This document shows positions 12,575 through 28,346 of a stretch of 64,000 nucleotides of DNA, one piece after another (within the stretch, counting starts at the first letter, position 1; the number at the start of each line of letters is the position of its first letter). The position numbers were made by a program, and so were the translations under genes. The DNA comes from Octopus sinensis (Eukaryota): contig NC_043004.1 in NCBI RefSeq assembly GCF_006345805.1, positions 83,204,001 through 83,268,000 of the forward strand, in the 5' to 3' direction. Under the pieces are notes generated by a model, which saw only the letters and a list, made by a program, of their open reading frames with translations, did not search any database and was not told where the DNA came from.

Positions 12575-14780
12575 CAACAACAAGCAACTGACTAAGCTAC
12601 TTAACAAGGTCAATGCAGCACAAACAGCAGAAGTAGTGGAAGAATTTTGGAAAGAAATATGATCGGCGTAGGAACAACCTCAGAAAGGGACTATTAAAAC
12701 AAAGGACTTAGCGTCTCAACAACTGTGAACCCCGATAACAACTCAAGAGTTCATCCAGGCACTGCAACGACTAAGCAACTGGAAGGCACCTGGGCAAGAC
12801 AAGAATCCGGAACTTCTGGTTAAAATGACTGACAGGAACACACATTTTAGAGATCATGAAGAAAAAAATGCTTTCTAATTGTTGTATCAATACCAGCAGA
12901 TGACAACGTTTCTCTAAAACAAATTCGAAAAACTTTCAAAATACGAAGACTTGGAAATACAGGCAACTCGAATGTGGAGTCTAAAAACAGAAACGCTACC
13001 TATCATAGAATGCGCATCAGGTATGATAAAAAATATTCAGCCAATAACATAACAAAACCACCAGGACTTACAACTATATAAAACATAAAGAAAACAGCAC
13101 TACTGGTCACTGCACACACCCGATGCTAAACACTTTCAATACAGTAACCATAAGAGAATCTTAGCAAACCACAGCACATACCCAAGGCACATAGAGCTGC
13201 GCTCTGTAGTAGAGGAGCAAAAGTAGGAGGCTTTTAACGTAGGAGATATTAGATCTGCTCTCAGGGGGTCAAGCAAATGGAAGTCTCCAGGAAAGGATAA
13301 AATTCCTAACTTCTGGTTAAATGACTTCCCAGAGAGACATGAACTGCTGACAGAACTTTACTAAGATGTTTTGCAACACCCTAGTATGAATCCCTCTTGG
13401 CTAGTTGATGGTTTAATACACCTACTTCCAAAAAAAAGAAGAAACAAATGGAACAAAATATTATAGACCCATAACCTGCTTAACAACAATATATAAAACG
13501 TTAACATCTATTCTGAATGAATATACCTACAGTTTTTAATAGAGAGCAGCACATTCGCTAATGAGCAAAAAGGATGTAAACTTGGATCCTATGGTTGTAA
13601 AGATCAGTTACTCCTAAATAAGATGATCTTAGAAGATTGTCACAAACGACACAGACTTTTCAATAGCCTGGATTGAGTATATAAAAATTTTGATAACTTG
13701 CCACATACCTGGATTAAGAAATGTCTGGAAATGTATAAAATAGCGCATACTCTGCGAAAAATTTTGTCTGTAAGTATGAGATCATGGAGAATCACACTAA
13801 CTTTAAACAATGACAATGAATCTCTAAATGCTGGGGATGTAAAAATTTCATGTGGCATTTACAAGGGTGACTCACTATCACCGTTACTCATTTGTTAAGC
13901 CTTAATACCTCTCTCAAAATTGCTCAATGATACACAGTACGCTTATAAAAATGTTTGATAAAAATATAAATCATCTCATTTACATGTTTGATATAAAGCT
14001 CTTTGCAAAATATCACCAACAACTCAAAGGCTTACTAGTGATTGTTAAACAGTTCATTGATGATATCAGGATACATTTTGGCGTCGATAAATGTGCAAAA
14101 GCTACTTTTATCAAAGGAGCAACGACAGAAACATCTAACAATAACTTTGACCTGCAGAATGTCATAAAATAGTTGGAACCAGCGGAGAGCTACAAGTACC
14201 TAGGGGTACTTGAAGGGGACATAATAAGGCAATCAGTGATAAGGAAATCATCAGAAGAGAGTGTTATCCCAAGGCGAGAGCAATACTTAAGACACAGCTG
14301 AAACAGGATCGAAGCGATCAATGACTTAGCCATACCAGTAGTGACTTCCAGTTTCAATATCATTAACTGATCAATTATTGAAATATGTAATTTTGACAGA
14401 GGAATACGAAAGCTGTTGACAATGCATAGAAAGAAAAACCCTAAAGCAGATATAGAACGACTTTTATCTGAGCAGAAAAGAGGGAGGCTGTGGACTTTCA
14501 CAACTGGCATTACCAATAAATATTGCCATAATTGGCCTAGACACCTACCTGAAAATCTCTGAGAACTGGATGTTAAACTTGAAAACAAGAGAGCATCACA
14601 CTCAGTAACAAACGGGCAAAGGAATATCTAAGGGAATTTCAAATACAACAAATTCCGGAATTAGACATACTCGAAACAAGCGCAGAAAAAGCTAAGCGCA
14701 TGGACTTGTTGCTTGAGATTAGTGGGTGACATTTTGAACCAACTTTTACAAATATGAAGCAAATGTGATAAAACAACGAC
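12575..14780 (+). mobile_element. Duplicated, further-deleted copy of the old family A-related plus family B LINE remnants at 3175-7230
   Basis: Same start (caagcaac.gactaagctactt), same A-to-B junction (gagctgcgctctgtag) and the same decay marks (e.g. ttactaagatgttttgc), with extra deletions near 12845 and 14700. Confidence 0.88.
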
Positions 14781-14850
14781 AACAGCAACAGCAAAAACAA
14801 CAATAAAAACAACAACAATAATAATAGAAATAATAATAATAATAATAATG

Positions 14851-14893
<43 letters not shown>

Positions 14894-14895
<2 letters not shown>

Positions 14896-15010
14896 GTTGT
14901 GATGCATGTGCCTGGTGTACCTTTATCAGACGGGTAGTCATGATGGGTATATTGGGCTTCGTATATTTTACCCCAGTGTCACTTTGATGGCATGAACTGC
15001 TCTCTCACTC
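14894..15010 (+). mobile_element. 3' end fragment of an unidentified non-LTR element/SINE with (AAT)n tail
   Basis: Non-repetitive ~115 bp embedded in an (AAT)n array and ending ctgctctctcactc(aat)n. Confidence 0.4.
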
Positions 15011-15043
<33 letters not shown>

Positions 15044-15045
<2 letters not shown>

Positions 15046-15641
15046 GGAATATATTCACAGACTTGACAGAGTTGGAACCTACATACATTGGAAGCTATGC
15101 CTAAAGCATGGAATAACAACAGAAAAAAGATGGTATAGGCACACACCAGAAAAGGTCACAGAAAACGAGAAAGCAACCATACTCTGGGATATGCCGATAC
15201 ACACAGATAGAGAAATTAAGGCCAACAGACCAGATATAGTTGTCAGAGATCATGAAGAAAAAAATGCTTTCTAATTGATGTATCAATACCGGCTGATGAC
15301 AACGTGTCTCTAAAAGAAATGGAGAAACTCTCAAAATACAAAGACCTGGAAATAGAGGTAACTAGAATGTGGAATCTGAAAACAGAAACAATTCCTATCA
15401 TAGTAGGTGCATTAGGCATGATAAAAAAATATTCAGACAAATACATAACAAAAACACCAGGACTTACAAACACATATAACATACAGAAAATTGCACTACT
15501 AGGCACTGCACACATCCTACGCAGAACACTTTCCATACAATAACCATCAGAGCATCACAACAAATCACAGCACATACCCAAGGCACACAGAGCTGCGCTC
15601 GGTAGTGGAGTGAAAGCACGCTATAAAAATAAAACTACTGA
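15044..15641 (+). mobile_element. 5'-truncated family A R4/Dong-like LINE (RLE plus 3'UTR only)
   Basis: Nearly identical to 2540-3136; (AAT)n on both sides. Confidence 0.92.
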
Positions 15642-15777
15642 ATAATAATAATGAAAATGATAATAATAATAATGATGAGGAGGAGGAGGGGGATATTAAT
15701 AATAATAATAATATTAAAAAAATGATAATGTTAATAAAAATAACAATAATAATAATAATAATAATGTTAATAAAATG

Positions 15778-15813
<36 letters not shown>

Positions 15814-15824
15814 TTAATAAAATG

Positions 15825-15864
<40 letters not shown>

Positions 15865-15868
15865 TAAA

Positions 15869-15946
<78 letters not shown>

Positions 15947-16571
15947 TAATAATAATTGGTAAACGTGTTCTCCAAATTGATGATATTCTACTCCATCGGA
16001 ACCAAATAATACCCATAGTTTTCCCTCTAACCGTAGATTAATATTCACTTGATTAAATTCTACCCACCATTTTAAAATTTAGCTGTCAACAATCTTGAAA
16101 CAGATACACCAATCCCTCCACTCTAGTCCAATAACTCCCTTTTAGGACTTTCCGCCACGCAACTAAACACTCTGCATACGTAACAAATAAATACCAAATT
16201 TTTATTTTCATGGAGGTACATACATATCCTTCTTTCTATATAATTTACTCATAACTGGTTATATACGTGCGTGTGTGTGTGTGTGTGTTTGTATGTATGT
16301 GAGTGTGTATGTGTGTATGATTTTGTATCGATATGCCTCTGTGTGTATGCCTAAGTACATTCAAGTTTATATCTGTTTAGACCTATAAGTACCCATACGG
16401 ATGCGAAGTGGCGCAGCAAGATAAACATGCATATTCACTTCTATACACAACACCTTCTAGTTTCTAGCTAGTCACATTGGAAAACCATCCATTTTTTCAT
16501 CTGAAAAATTCTATAAACCGCATTACTTTTGCTATTTACACTAGCTATTTCGATATTTTCTTTCATATAAA

Positions 16572-16644
<73 letters not shown>

Positions 16645-16917
16645 TATATATATATTATATGATATTCTTTAATATTGTAAAATGTATATAACACTCCCAT
16701 CTATACATATTAGCCAACCTAATATACTACATGAACAACACTGGATAAACATTCTTAACCATTTGAAGTTGAATTGAAAGGTTTAAATTTACAAGGAATG
16801 GACCTTAACTACCAAGAATATTCAAATAAACCTGAGAGACAATAAGCCTAACTTCACTAGTAACCTATGTATACATATATCAACTCGTGATCCATAAAGA
16901 TAAATTATAACACTTAC

Positions 16918-17871
16918 TGATCGGTTTATACAAAGTCCACACCAAATTATTCCTATGCAAAAGGGTATGTTAATGATTAACATCAGTAACATATAAAGTT
17001 GTACATATGGGGCAGATTTAAAGGAATTATTTATCATTCCATACGTGGCAATGCAGCCGCTTGTTATATTAGCAAAGACGATAAATCCGGATGTTAACTG
17101 CAGTGATTCGTTGACAAATCTCAGTATTGCGCTTAGAGTATCGTGTCTATTACATATTTCTTCAATCCCTCTATGTGTCTTGAACATAACAGTCTTATCC
17201 GATTGTTGCTCTTTTATGCACTTTTGGGCCTCATTCGCCACTTTCTTAAACTCATAAATAAGTGTAAGACTGATTATAAGATCAAAATAGAGATCGAATA
17301 ACACAGTCACCAAAGAGAAACAATTGAAGATGAGTTGTATTGTTAAAACTGGAATGTAATATGTATTATTTGTTGGTACAGGAAATGTTAAAAACAGCAG
17401 AAAATCGCTACTGCAGAGCGGCAAAATAAGATCCATACACATATAGAAAATGACAAGCCCGGATATATATACAAATAAAGTTGTATATGAAAATATTAAA
17501 TTACAGTTATAATATTTTTTACTTTCCTCTTCAATTTCAAGATCGGCGAATTTTTCAAATAGTTGCTTGTCGTTAGAATCCCTGAAGAGCTTCACCAAAC
17601 AGAAGAGAGTTAAGAAACTCCTGTAAAGAATTATGTAACAATACACAAATATTCCACTTGTGTTAGCATTTTGCATTTGTATTAAAGTCACAATATGCCG
17701 AATCGGGTTTACAATCAAATATATAATGTACAATAAGTAAATTGCAGAGAAACAAATTACTTTCAACTCGAGTGTTTTCAAGATGGATTTATTCATAATA
17801 TGTTTCCGAATATTACTAATTTTTCGATATAATTCCAACATTTTAAAGAATTGTGTTTGTTTTACTTCCAT
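16918..17871 (-). CDS. GRL exon 2: first coding exon, TM1-TM6, 318 codons
   Basis: Close paralog of exon 1 (about 19 amino-acid differences by eye). Donor TCA|GTAAGT at 16917-16912. Confidence 0.8.
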
Positions 17872-18535
17872 GCTTATTCTAATTCCGTCGAATTAAGTGA
17901 GTTTTGCTTTCAAATAGATAAACACGGCAGTAGAGTCCACACGATATATAAAGCAATTTTTAAAGATTTCCGCTCTTTCTTTCTTGTCTAGTTTTGTCTG
18001 TGTTGTAAAATTTAATGTAACGGTAAAATTTAAACAATAACCGATGGCAAAATAAAGTAATTATGAAAGGCCTGTAGAAATTCGACAGCATTAGTGTATA
18101 TGATGTTAGCTTTAATTAGTTGCTAAAGATCTGAAAACCTTTCTACTAAAAATTTTATTGTCATGAAAGTATAAAAGATGTAAGACCACTTTCTATGAAA
18201 CCTGGTCAATATTCCTTTCTGTCTAAACAAAAAACAAATCCGTATTCTTATTTACAGTCGATATATTATTAAATAGCATGTATATTTATATGCATAAATA
18301 TACATATATATATAAATACACAAACACACATGTACACATATGTATCCATATGTGTGTGCATACATGGGTGTGTGTATATATATATATATCTGCACACATT
18401 CACACAAACACACACACCTATATATGTGTGTGTATATGTGTATGTATATATATATACATATATGTATATATATATATACAAATGTATGTATATATATATA
18501 TTATATATATATATATGTAAAAATACACACATATA

Positions 18536-18583
<48 letters not shown>

Positions 18584-18619
18584 TTTATAGACGCACACTC
18601 ACACACACTCACACATATA

Positions 18620-19608
<989 letters not shown>

Positions 19609-19609
19609 A

Positions 19610-22600
19610 CAGCTAAAGAAGATGAAACATCCAAAGAAGGAAAAACTAAACCTCAAACAAAACCAAAAGATGAAACAGCCAAGGATAGAATCAAACCTGA
19701 CTATCCATGTACCAAAAAGGATAGAAACAGACAGCGCACACGAATATGTAAATTCTACATGAAACGTGTCTGCTGGCATGGAGAGGAAGGTGCAAGCTGC
19801 CGTTTTGCACATCAAAGACCCTGTCACGTAAACACGAAACAGGTGAGAAACCAACTACCAAAAGGAAAAGGAAAGGACCACGCACCACCTGCACGATGTA
19901 GTGCGTGCTACAAACCGCCAACATGTTATTGAAAGGGCGGCTGCTGAAGAAGAATCTTTTTTGTGCATGGCACAAAAGATTGTACAACAGCTAACCTGGC
20001 TCCATCAAACTTAAACTCGCTGATGGGACTATCCACAATACACAAGACCGCCACAGCAAATAGACCCAAGGTGGACACCGCCGGCAACAGCATACACCTC
20101 ACCTCGATGCTACTACTGAACATCAGAAGACTGCTAACACTCAGTAATAGGACAAAAATTCCGTTCTTGAGAGACTTTGTTGGATGCAATCAAGCCTTAT
20201 GCATAGCACTTACGGAAACACACATGAAACCGGACATAGCAGATGCGGAATTACACATACCACAGTATGTTGTACTACGGACCGACAGAAAAGAAAGGAG
20301 TCATGGAGGAGTTGCTATGTACATCCGTGAGGACCTCACACCCCAGGTCCTTTTGTCATACTCAAACTCGGTGTGTGACACACTAATTGTACATATAAGG
20401 CAACTTGGTGTAGTTGTGTCTGCTACATATCGCCCTCCAGATGCCCCAAGCCATGTAGGCAAGTTTGAAGATTGCCTTATTAAAATAGAAGTTCTAGTCA
20501 CATTAGAACAACACATAAGTGTACTTCTTATGGGAGACTTCAATCTACCCAATGTCAGATGGCCCGAGGGCCATTCTCTCCCAGGAATGACAGGATGTGA
20601 ACGAGGACAGGTGAGGTCCCTCCTGAACCTCATCAACACCCTGTACATGGAGCAAGTAATACTCCAACCAACCAGGGCAGGTAACACACTGGATCTCTGC
20701 TTCACAAATAATATGGATCTCATCCATAATGTGAAATTGACACCGACACTACTCTCGGATCACAACATTGTAGAGCTGACCAAGTACGGGCCAAAGGAAA
20801 GCATTGACATGCAGCCTACAAGAAACTCTCAGAATCTTTTCAGCTTGAACTTCCATAAGGCAAACTGGAAACAAATTGAGAAAGAGATCCTCAAACAAAA
20901 CTGGCCTGAATGTCTCTCCTCGCCAGACATCGACATCAAACTTCAACAATTCATGTCTGTAATGCAAGCCATATGCTACAAATGCGTCCCAGAGAGAAAG
21001 GCCACTGTACACAAGAACAAAATCCCCAGAGAGAGGAAAATTCTAATGAGACGGCGTACAAAAGTTTCAAATCGCCTAAAGAGACAAATTGAAAGCAGTG
21101 AAAATAAAACTGTTGGAAATGGAAAAATGTCTGCAACTCTCCCATTAAAAGGAAAGAGCAGACAAAGAAGCCTGGGCTATAGACAACATAAAATCTAACC
21201 CCAGAGCTTTCTACAGGTATGCCAAAGAAACAGCTACGGTGCACTGTAGGATAGGGCCACTCCTTGAAAAGGATGGCACACTCACAGGAAATCCAATGAG
21301 GGTAAGTGAAATACTAAATGAGCAATTCAAGAGTGTTTTCACTCCACCCCTTCGGCATTTCAAAGTCAGCAATCCAACTGACTTCTTTACCACTGCAGAT
21401 ATAAAATCAGAGGCAGCGATGATTGATTACATCAATACTAAGGAAGACGATGTAATAAAGGCTATAGATGAAATGAAAACAAACACAGCTACTGGCCCCG
21501 TTGGATTCCTAGCAAGACCACTGCAGTTCCTCTTTCAGCGCTTCCTTGCAGCTGGCAAACTTCCAAGAAAACTGAAGGAAGGTAAAATATGCCCTATTCA
21601 TAAAGGAGGTAGCAGAGCGGAGGCCAAGAACTACAGACCTATCTCTCTGACCTCACACATCAGCAAGGTCATGGAACGAATAGTCAGAAGGAAACTAATC
21701 ACCTTCCTTGAAGAAAATGACTTGCTGCCTGACACCCAACATGGTTTCCGACCAGGAAGAAGCTGATTAACTCAGCTCCTACAACACTATGACTGGGTGC
21801 TGAAACGACTGCTCAACCCCTCAAATGTGGAAGTGATATATCTCGACTTTGCAAAGGCCTTTGATTAAGTTGATCATGGAATGATATGTCACAAACTGCG
21901 TGATCTTGGCATAGTTGGAAAATTGTGAGAATAGCTTCAAGACTTTCTGAAGGATAGAAGTCAGGTGGTAGTAGCCAATGGGGCCAATTCCATTAACCCG
22001 CAAATAGTGAGCGGTGTTCCGCAGGGCACTGTTTTGGGACCACTACTGTTCATAATGGCCCTCTCAGACATGCCCTCAGCCACGCAGAGAGCCACGATCA
22101 CAAGTTATGCAGATGATACAAAAGTTTCACAGGCAATACTGGACCCTGAAGACACTAAGCACCTGCAATGTGAGATGGACAAAATATACAAGTGGGCTGA
22201 AAAGAATAGCATGCAGTTCAATGCTGAAAAGTTTCAACCTTTACACTATCAGCATGCAAAACTAAATGCAATACCCAATGAATACACTGGACCTGGAGGG
22301 ATTGCAATCCCAGAGGCACAATCAGTGCGTGACCTGGGTATTTATATGAGTGATGACGCAACCTTTCATGTACATGTTGCTAAATTGGCAATGAAATGTA
22401 GGCGGCTGGCCGGATGGATTCTTAGAACCTTTAGAACAAGAGAACAAGAAACCATGATGGTCCTCTGGAGGAAACTTGTCCTAAGCCACTTTGACTATTG
22501 CTCTCAGCTATGGTCACCATCCAGTGTCAAGTTGATCACAGAACTTGAGGCGATCCAACGAAGCTACACGAAGAAGATAGCCTCTGTGCAGCATATAAGC

Positions 22601-23110
22601 TACTGGGAAAGACTCAAGAAAATGAGACTCTATTCCTTAGATCGTAAGCGAGAAAGATATGCCATAATATACATCTGGAAGATCCTAGAAGGACTTGTCC
22701 CAAACGTTGGCATCGAGATTTAAACAAATACCAGAACTGGGCGCCACTGCGTGGTGCCAAGGACTCCAAATTTGCCATCAAGAAGTAGGACAAAATACTG
22801 TGATAGCCTGGGCTTCAGAGGCCCACAGCTCTTGAATATCCTCCCGAAGAACCTGAGGGACCTGGATGGGGTGGATGCAGATGTCTTTAAAGTAGGACTG
22901 GATCTCTTCCTGTCAGGTGTCCCAGATGAACCAACTTCACGGCAGGATGTGCAGAAGAGGGCAGCTGCATCGAACTCTCTCATGAACCAAATGGCAGTTG
23001 CTAAAAAGCATTCGTGAAGTAAAATCATGTAGCAACACTAAATGGCGGTGCCCCAGCATGGCCACAGCTCGTGAGCTGAAACTAGATAAAATGAAAATAA
23101 AAATAAATAA
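19610..23110 (+). mobile_element. CR1/Jockey-group (APE-type) LINE, slightly 5'-truncated, ORF2 disrupted
   Basis: ORF1 remnant with CCCH finger (19747-19812). APE endonuclease (LTETH, GDFNLP, LDLCF, SDHN; 19963-21198). RT (NYRPISLTS, QHGFR, GVPQGTVLGPLLF, YADD; 21239-22723). C-terminal FK..LD motif, 3'UTR and A-rich tail. Confidence 0.92.
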
Positions 23111-23142
23111 ATAGTAGAATAACCAACAATAATAATAATAAT

Positions 23143-23204
<62 letters not shown>

Positions 23205-24099
23205 GTTTTTTCCCTGCTCTGACCAACCCAGCGTGACAACGGAAAAACTGGAAGATCTACTGTTTTCTGTGAGTAATTTGAATTTCCCTCAAAATAAGCT
23301 AAGGTACTTACATATCTACATCTTTGCACATACAAGCGAACACATAACAAAGAATTTAGAATCATAAATATCTCCAATTTTGTGTGAACAGTCTGCCATC
23401 CCTTCTTTGCCTTTTATTGTAACAACACAATTAAATGCACGATAAAAAACTATGGAAGTAAGCGTATACCAATATATATACACTGCACAACTACAAAAAT
23501 TGTAAACCACAGCATAACTTTTAAAAAGAAAAGAAAAAATTTCTGAGCATTCGAAAATGTAAACATTTTTCCCTTTGCAAATATCTTTTTTTTTTTCTTC
23601 CAAATGGACATCTCAAGAATACTTTAAAACTTTAATATATTACTCAAACACGTAAACACGTAAACTAAACTTTTATTGCAACAACACAATTGAACTCAGA
23701 AATTAAAAAAAAAAAAATCATCGAGTGAATATCAGAAAATATGCGTGTGTGAATATACATATATATATACATATGTGTATGGGTATATATATATAGCTGG
23801 ATTGCTTTTCAAGATAACGCTGGTACTAGTAAACAGGTTTGACCTTTCCCTGACCCAAAATGTCCTTTGTCCACCACCTGATGAATCTATTTATAGAACA
23901 TGACCACTCTACCGTGGTGATGGTGATAGTGATACGAATAATAATAATAATAATAATAAGCTACCGCTGTGACTACACATAAAACAATGTCATTGATGAT
24001 GATGATGATGATGACAGTGATGACAGTGATGATGATAATTCTCATTTTAATTTTTTTTTCTTTTTTTTTTTTCTCGTATTTTATTCTCCTTTTTTCGAA

Positions 24100-27000
24100 C
24101 TAATACAGGCAGAGTGAACCTTTCCTAAGCTAAAAAAAAAAAAAGGGGAAAACTATGCCCGGAGATAAAACTATCAACAAAAAAAATACAGACGAATACA
24201 GATCTGCTAGCCTTAAGAAACTGCGCTACGAACAATGTTTACGTGCAGAAAATCCTAAACTGACAGATCCGTCTCTTAATGTAAGAGTCGAAGCTCGTCA
24301 TGCTTCAATGTCAACAAAACACCCTACAATCCGCGATGGTCGGCGAGCGGACTACAAAAGACCACGTACCCGAAAATTGAACCAAAGTCTGATTGAAAAA
24401 TCAGCTACTGGATCAAATCTTCCCGACACACAGGAGCTGGACGTACCCCGCAACTGGAATATTCCAACAGATGGCCATCCATGCTCGTCACCAAACACTC
24501 AAAAGAAAAAGAAGGAAAAATGGACTAGGGAAGATAATAAAGAAGTTCTTGCAGCCTTCTACCATGCCATATATTTCCCCACAGATAAATCGAACACTAT
24601 ACAAACCTACATAAACTGGAGACAGAAACACCCTGAAGTAAGACCCTACATAGACAGTAACAAACTTGCCAACGTCAGAAGAAACATTATCAAAAAAAAA
24701 TTACTGACTGAAGTAGAGATTTATCAAATTAGACAAGCAGTAACGGATAGAATGAACGAAGCTGCAGCTAGAGAAGATAATACAGAGGAAATAATTATAG
24801 ACCAGCTCAGAGCTAATAAAAACGAAGTAAGGATTGAAAGAGTTAGTATAAGTGATAGGCAAAGTGAAATACTCCCTGAACCAAACATAAACACTAAGAC
24901 AGATGAACATCAAATAGATGAAGAAAGTCACACAAATATTGACCCGAAAGAACTACATGAGCTAAAAAGTCAAATCATGATTGAATGGCTGAAAATTAAA
25001 GAAACCAGTATGGATGAATGTGATACACTCCCTAAAATCCGCAAATCTAACCAAAACATGAAAATAATTGGTAAAATCCGGCTTGCACTTAAGGATATAA
25101 TTTCAGCTAATGATGTTGATAGCACAGATCTCAACCACCTATACTATGCATCCGCGAAAATCTCAACGATCCTATGTGGTGAAAAGATTAGAAAACGGCA
25201 ACATTTCCACAAAAAGCCTTCTTGGCAAGAGTGTTTGCAACAACAAATTAAACTATTTAGATCTGACATTGAATATTTCAAAAACCTTAAGGTTCATAAG
25301 ACTACCAATCCTGCAAAAACCCCAAAACTAATGAAAAAATATAGTATGAAAACTATACTTGATATTGATGCCACCATAGAAACCATCAAGCAAAATGTAT
25401 CTGCTAAAGCTGCCCGCATAGCGAAGTATGAAAAGCGTATTAGATTCTTCAGGGAAAACAACATGTTCAAAAATAACCCCAAAAATTTTTACAGGAAGAT
25501 AGGAAAAACAACAGTTACTGTAAAGTCTGTACCATCAAAAGAAGAAGTGCAGGGATTTTGGAATAAAATTTGGGCAGAAGAAAAAACACACAGCGAAAAG
25601 GCCCCCTGGATTGATAGAATATCTAAAGAACTGGACTCCTTAGAAGAGCAAAAGTGGGAAGGTGTCAAGGTAGAAGATATAAGATCTGCTCTCAGGAAGT
25701 CAAGCAAATGGAAGTTTCCAGGAAAGGATAAAATCCCTAACTTTTGGTTGAATGCCTTCCCAGAGAGCCATGAACTGCTAACATAACTTTACAATGATGT
25801 TTTGCAACACCCTAGTAGGATGCCTCCTTGGCTAGTTAATGGGTTAACATTCCTGCTTCCAAAAAGTGAAGAAACAAATGAACCCAAAAACTATAGACCC
25901 ATAACCTGCTTAACAACTATGTATAAAACACTAACATCTGTTCTGATGGAATATACCTATAGTTTTTTGACAGACAGCAGCATATTCCCTAATGAACAGA
26001 AAGGATGTAAACGAGTATCCTACGGCTGTAAAGATCAACTAATCATCAATAAGATGATCTTAGAAGATTGTCACAAACGACACAAAAACTTATCAATAGC
26101 CTGGATAGACTATAAAAAGGCTTTTGATAGCCTACCACATAGCTGGATTAATAAATGCCTAGAAATGTATAAGATAGCACCTGCTCTGCGAAACTTTTTG
26201 TCTGTAAGTATGAGATCATGGAGAACCACACTAACTTTGAACAGTGACAATGAATCTCTAAATGCTGGTGATGTAAAAATCTCATGTGGCATTTTCCAGG
26301 GTGACTCACTATCACCGCTCCTCTTCTGTTTAGCCTTAATACCTCTCTCAAAACTGCTCAATGACGCGCAGTACGGATATAAAATGTTTGATAAAAATAT
26401 AAATTATCTCATTTACATGGATGATTTAAAGCTCTTTGCAAAAATGACCAACAATTCAAGGGCTTACTAGCGATTGTCAAACAATTCAGTGATGACATCA
26501 GAATGCAATTTGGCCTCGATAAATGTGCAAAAGCTACCTTTATCAAAGGAAAAATGACAGAAACATCTAACGTTAACCTTGACCAGCAGAATGTCATAAA
26601 AGAACTAGACCCAGCGGAGAGCTACAAGTACCTAGGGGTAATTGAAGGGAACGGAATAAGGCATTCAGAGATGGAGGAAAGGATCAGGAGAGAATGCTAT
26701 CGAAGAGTGAGAGCAATACTCAAGACAGAGCTGAATGCGAGAAACAGGATCGAAGCGATCAATGCATTAGCCATACCAGTCGTGACTTACAGTTTCAATA
26801 TTGTTAACTGGTCAATTACTGAAATATGTAACCTTGACAGAAAAATACGAAAACTATTGACAATGCATAGAATGCACCACCCTAAGGCAGATACAGAACG
26901 ACTTTATCTGCCAAGAAAAGAGGGAGGCCGTGGACTTTTACAACTGGCAATAACAATGAAGATTGCTACAATTGGCCTAGACACCTACCTGAAAAACTGG

Positions 27001-28170
27001 AAAAAGGACTGGATGTTAAAACTTGTCTCAAAACATGAAAACAAGAAAGCATCATACTCAGTAACAAAACAGGCAAAGGAATATCTAAGTGAATTCCGAA
27101 TACAACAAATTTCGGATTTAGAGAGAGACATACAAGAAACAGGCACAGAAAAAGCTAAGCGCATGAAAACCAGTGCTAAATCTGCGGCCTTAGATATTCT
27201 GAATGATAAATGGCAAGAAAAACCTCTCTATGGCAAATACCCAAAAAGAGCAAATAATGCAGATGTTGACAAAGCCGTGACCATCAATGGCTAATGGCCT
27301 CTGACTTAAAATCTGAAACAGAGGGGTTTATCATAGCAGCTCAAGATCAATGCCTACCAACAAGAAACTACCAGGCCAACATATTAAAGATCAGAAGCAG
27401 TCCAACGTGTCGTATATGCAAGCAACAAAATGAAACCATTGACCATGTGGTCTCCAAGTGCAGTCTTCTAGCGCCTACAGAGTATCTCAACAGGCACGAT
27501 AGAGCTGCACAATATATTCACTGGGTAATCTGCAAAATCCTGGATTTGCCACATGAAAAAAACTGGTGGGAACACAAACCACCCCCAGTGCTTGAAAATG
27601 ACCACATCTCACTCCTCTGGAACTTCACCATTCAAACTGACAGAAAGATAGATGTAAATAGGCCAGACATCATATTGAAAGACTTCAAACAAAGAACATG
27701 CCTCCTCATTGATATGACTGTCCCAATCGATATAAACGTATCTGTCAAGACCTACCAAAACTGAGCAAATATAAAGATCTTGAAATAGAAATCAGCAAAA
27801 TGTGGAACCTGAAGACTAAAACACTACCTGTTGTCAAAGGTTCCCTGGGAATGATAGCAAAAGGGGCTGATGGCTACCTAACTCAGATACCAGGAAACCC
27901 AAAAATGGCAGAAATTCAAAAGATAGTGCTCATGGGAACTGCTCATATCCTACGCAAAATACTTTGTATGTAATCTCAAGGTTTAAAACAAACATAAGTT
28001 TCGGTTTACAAAAAAAAAAAACTTTTTTGAGACATTCATTAGTACAACACCCCGCCCCCAAATATATGGCACACTAGGCATAACAACAACATGAACTTCC
28101 AACCCTGTTGTCTCTGGAGGTCTCTGGGTGAGACTTGGAGCCAACTTGTACAAATATAAAGCAAAAGGCA
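24100..28170 (+). mobile_element. Near full-length R4/Dong-like RLE LINE, family B (one premature stop, frameshifts)
   Basis: Collinear ORFs 24155-25786 (N-terminal KWTRED domain), 25802-26470 (RT, YMDD), 26503-27294 and 27294-27764 (CRIC...H...C, RPDIILKD), ending LMGTAHILRK, then 3'UTR and (AAT)n. Confidence 0.93.
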
Positions 28171-28218
28171 AACATAGAATAATAATAATAATAAATAATA
28201 ATAATAATAATAATAATA

Positions 28219-28278
<60 letters not shown>

Positions 28279-28281
28279 TTT

Positions 28282-28344
<63 letters not shown>

Positions 28345-28346
<2 letters not shown>

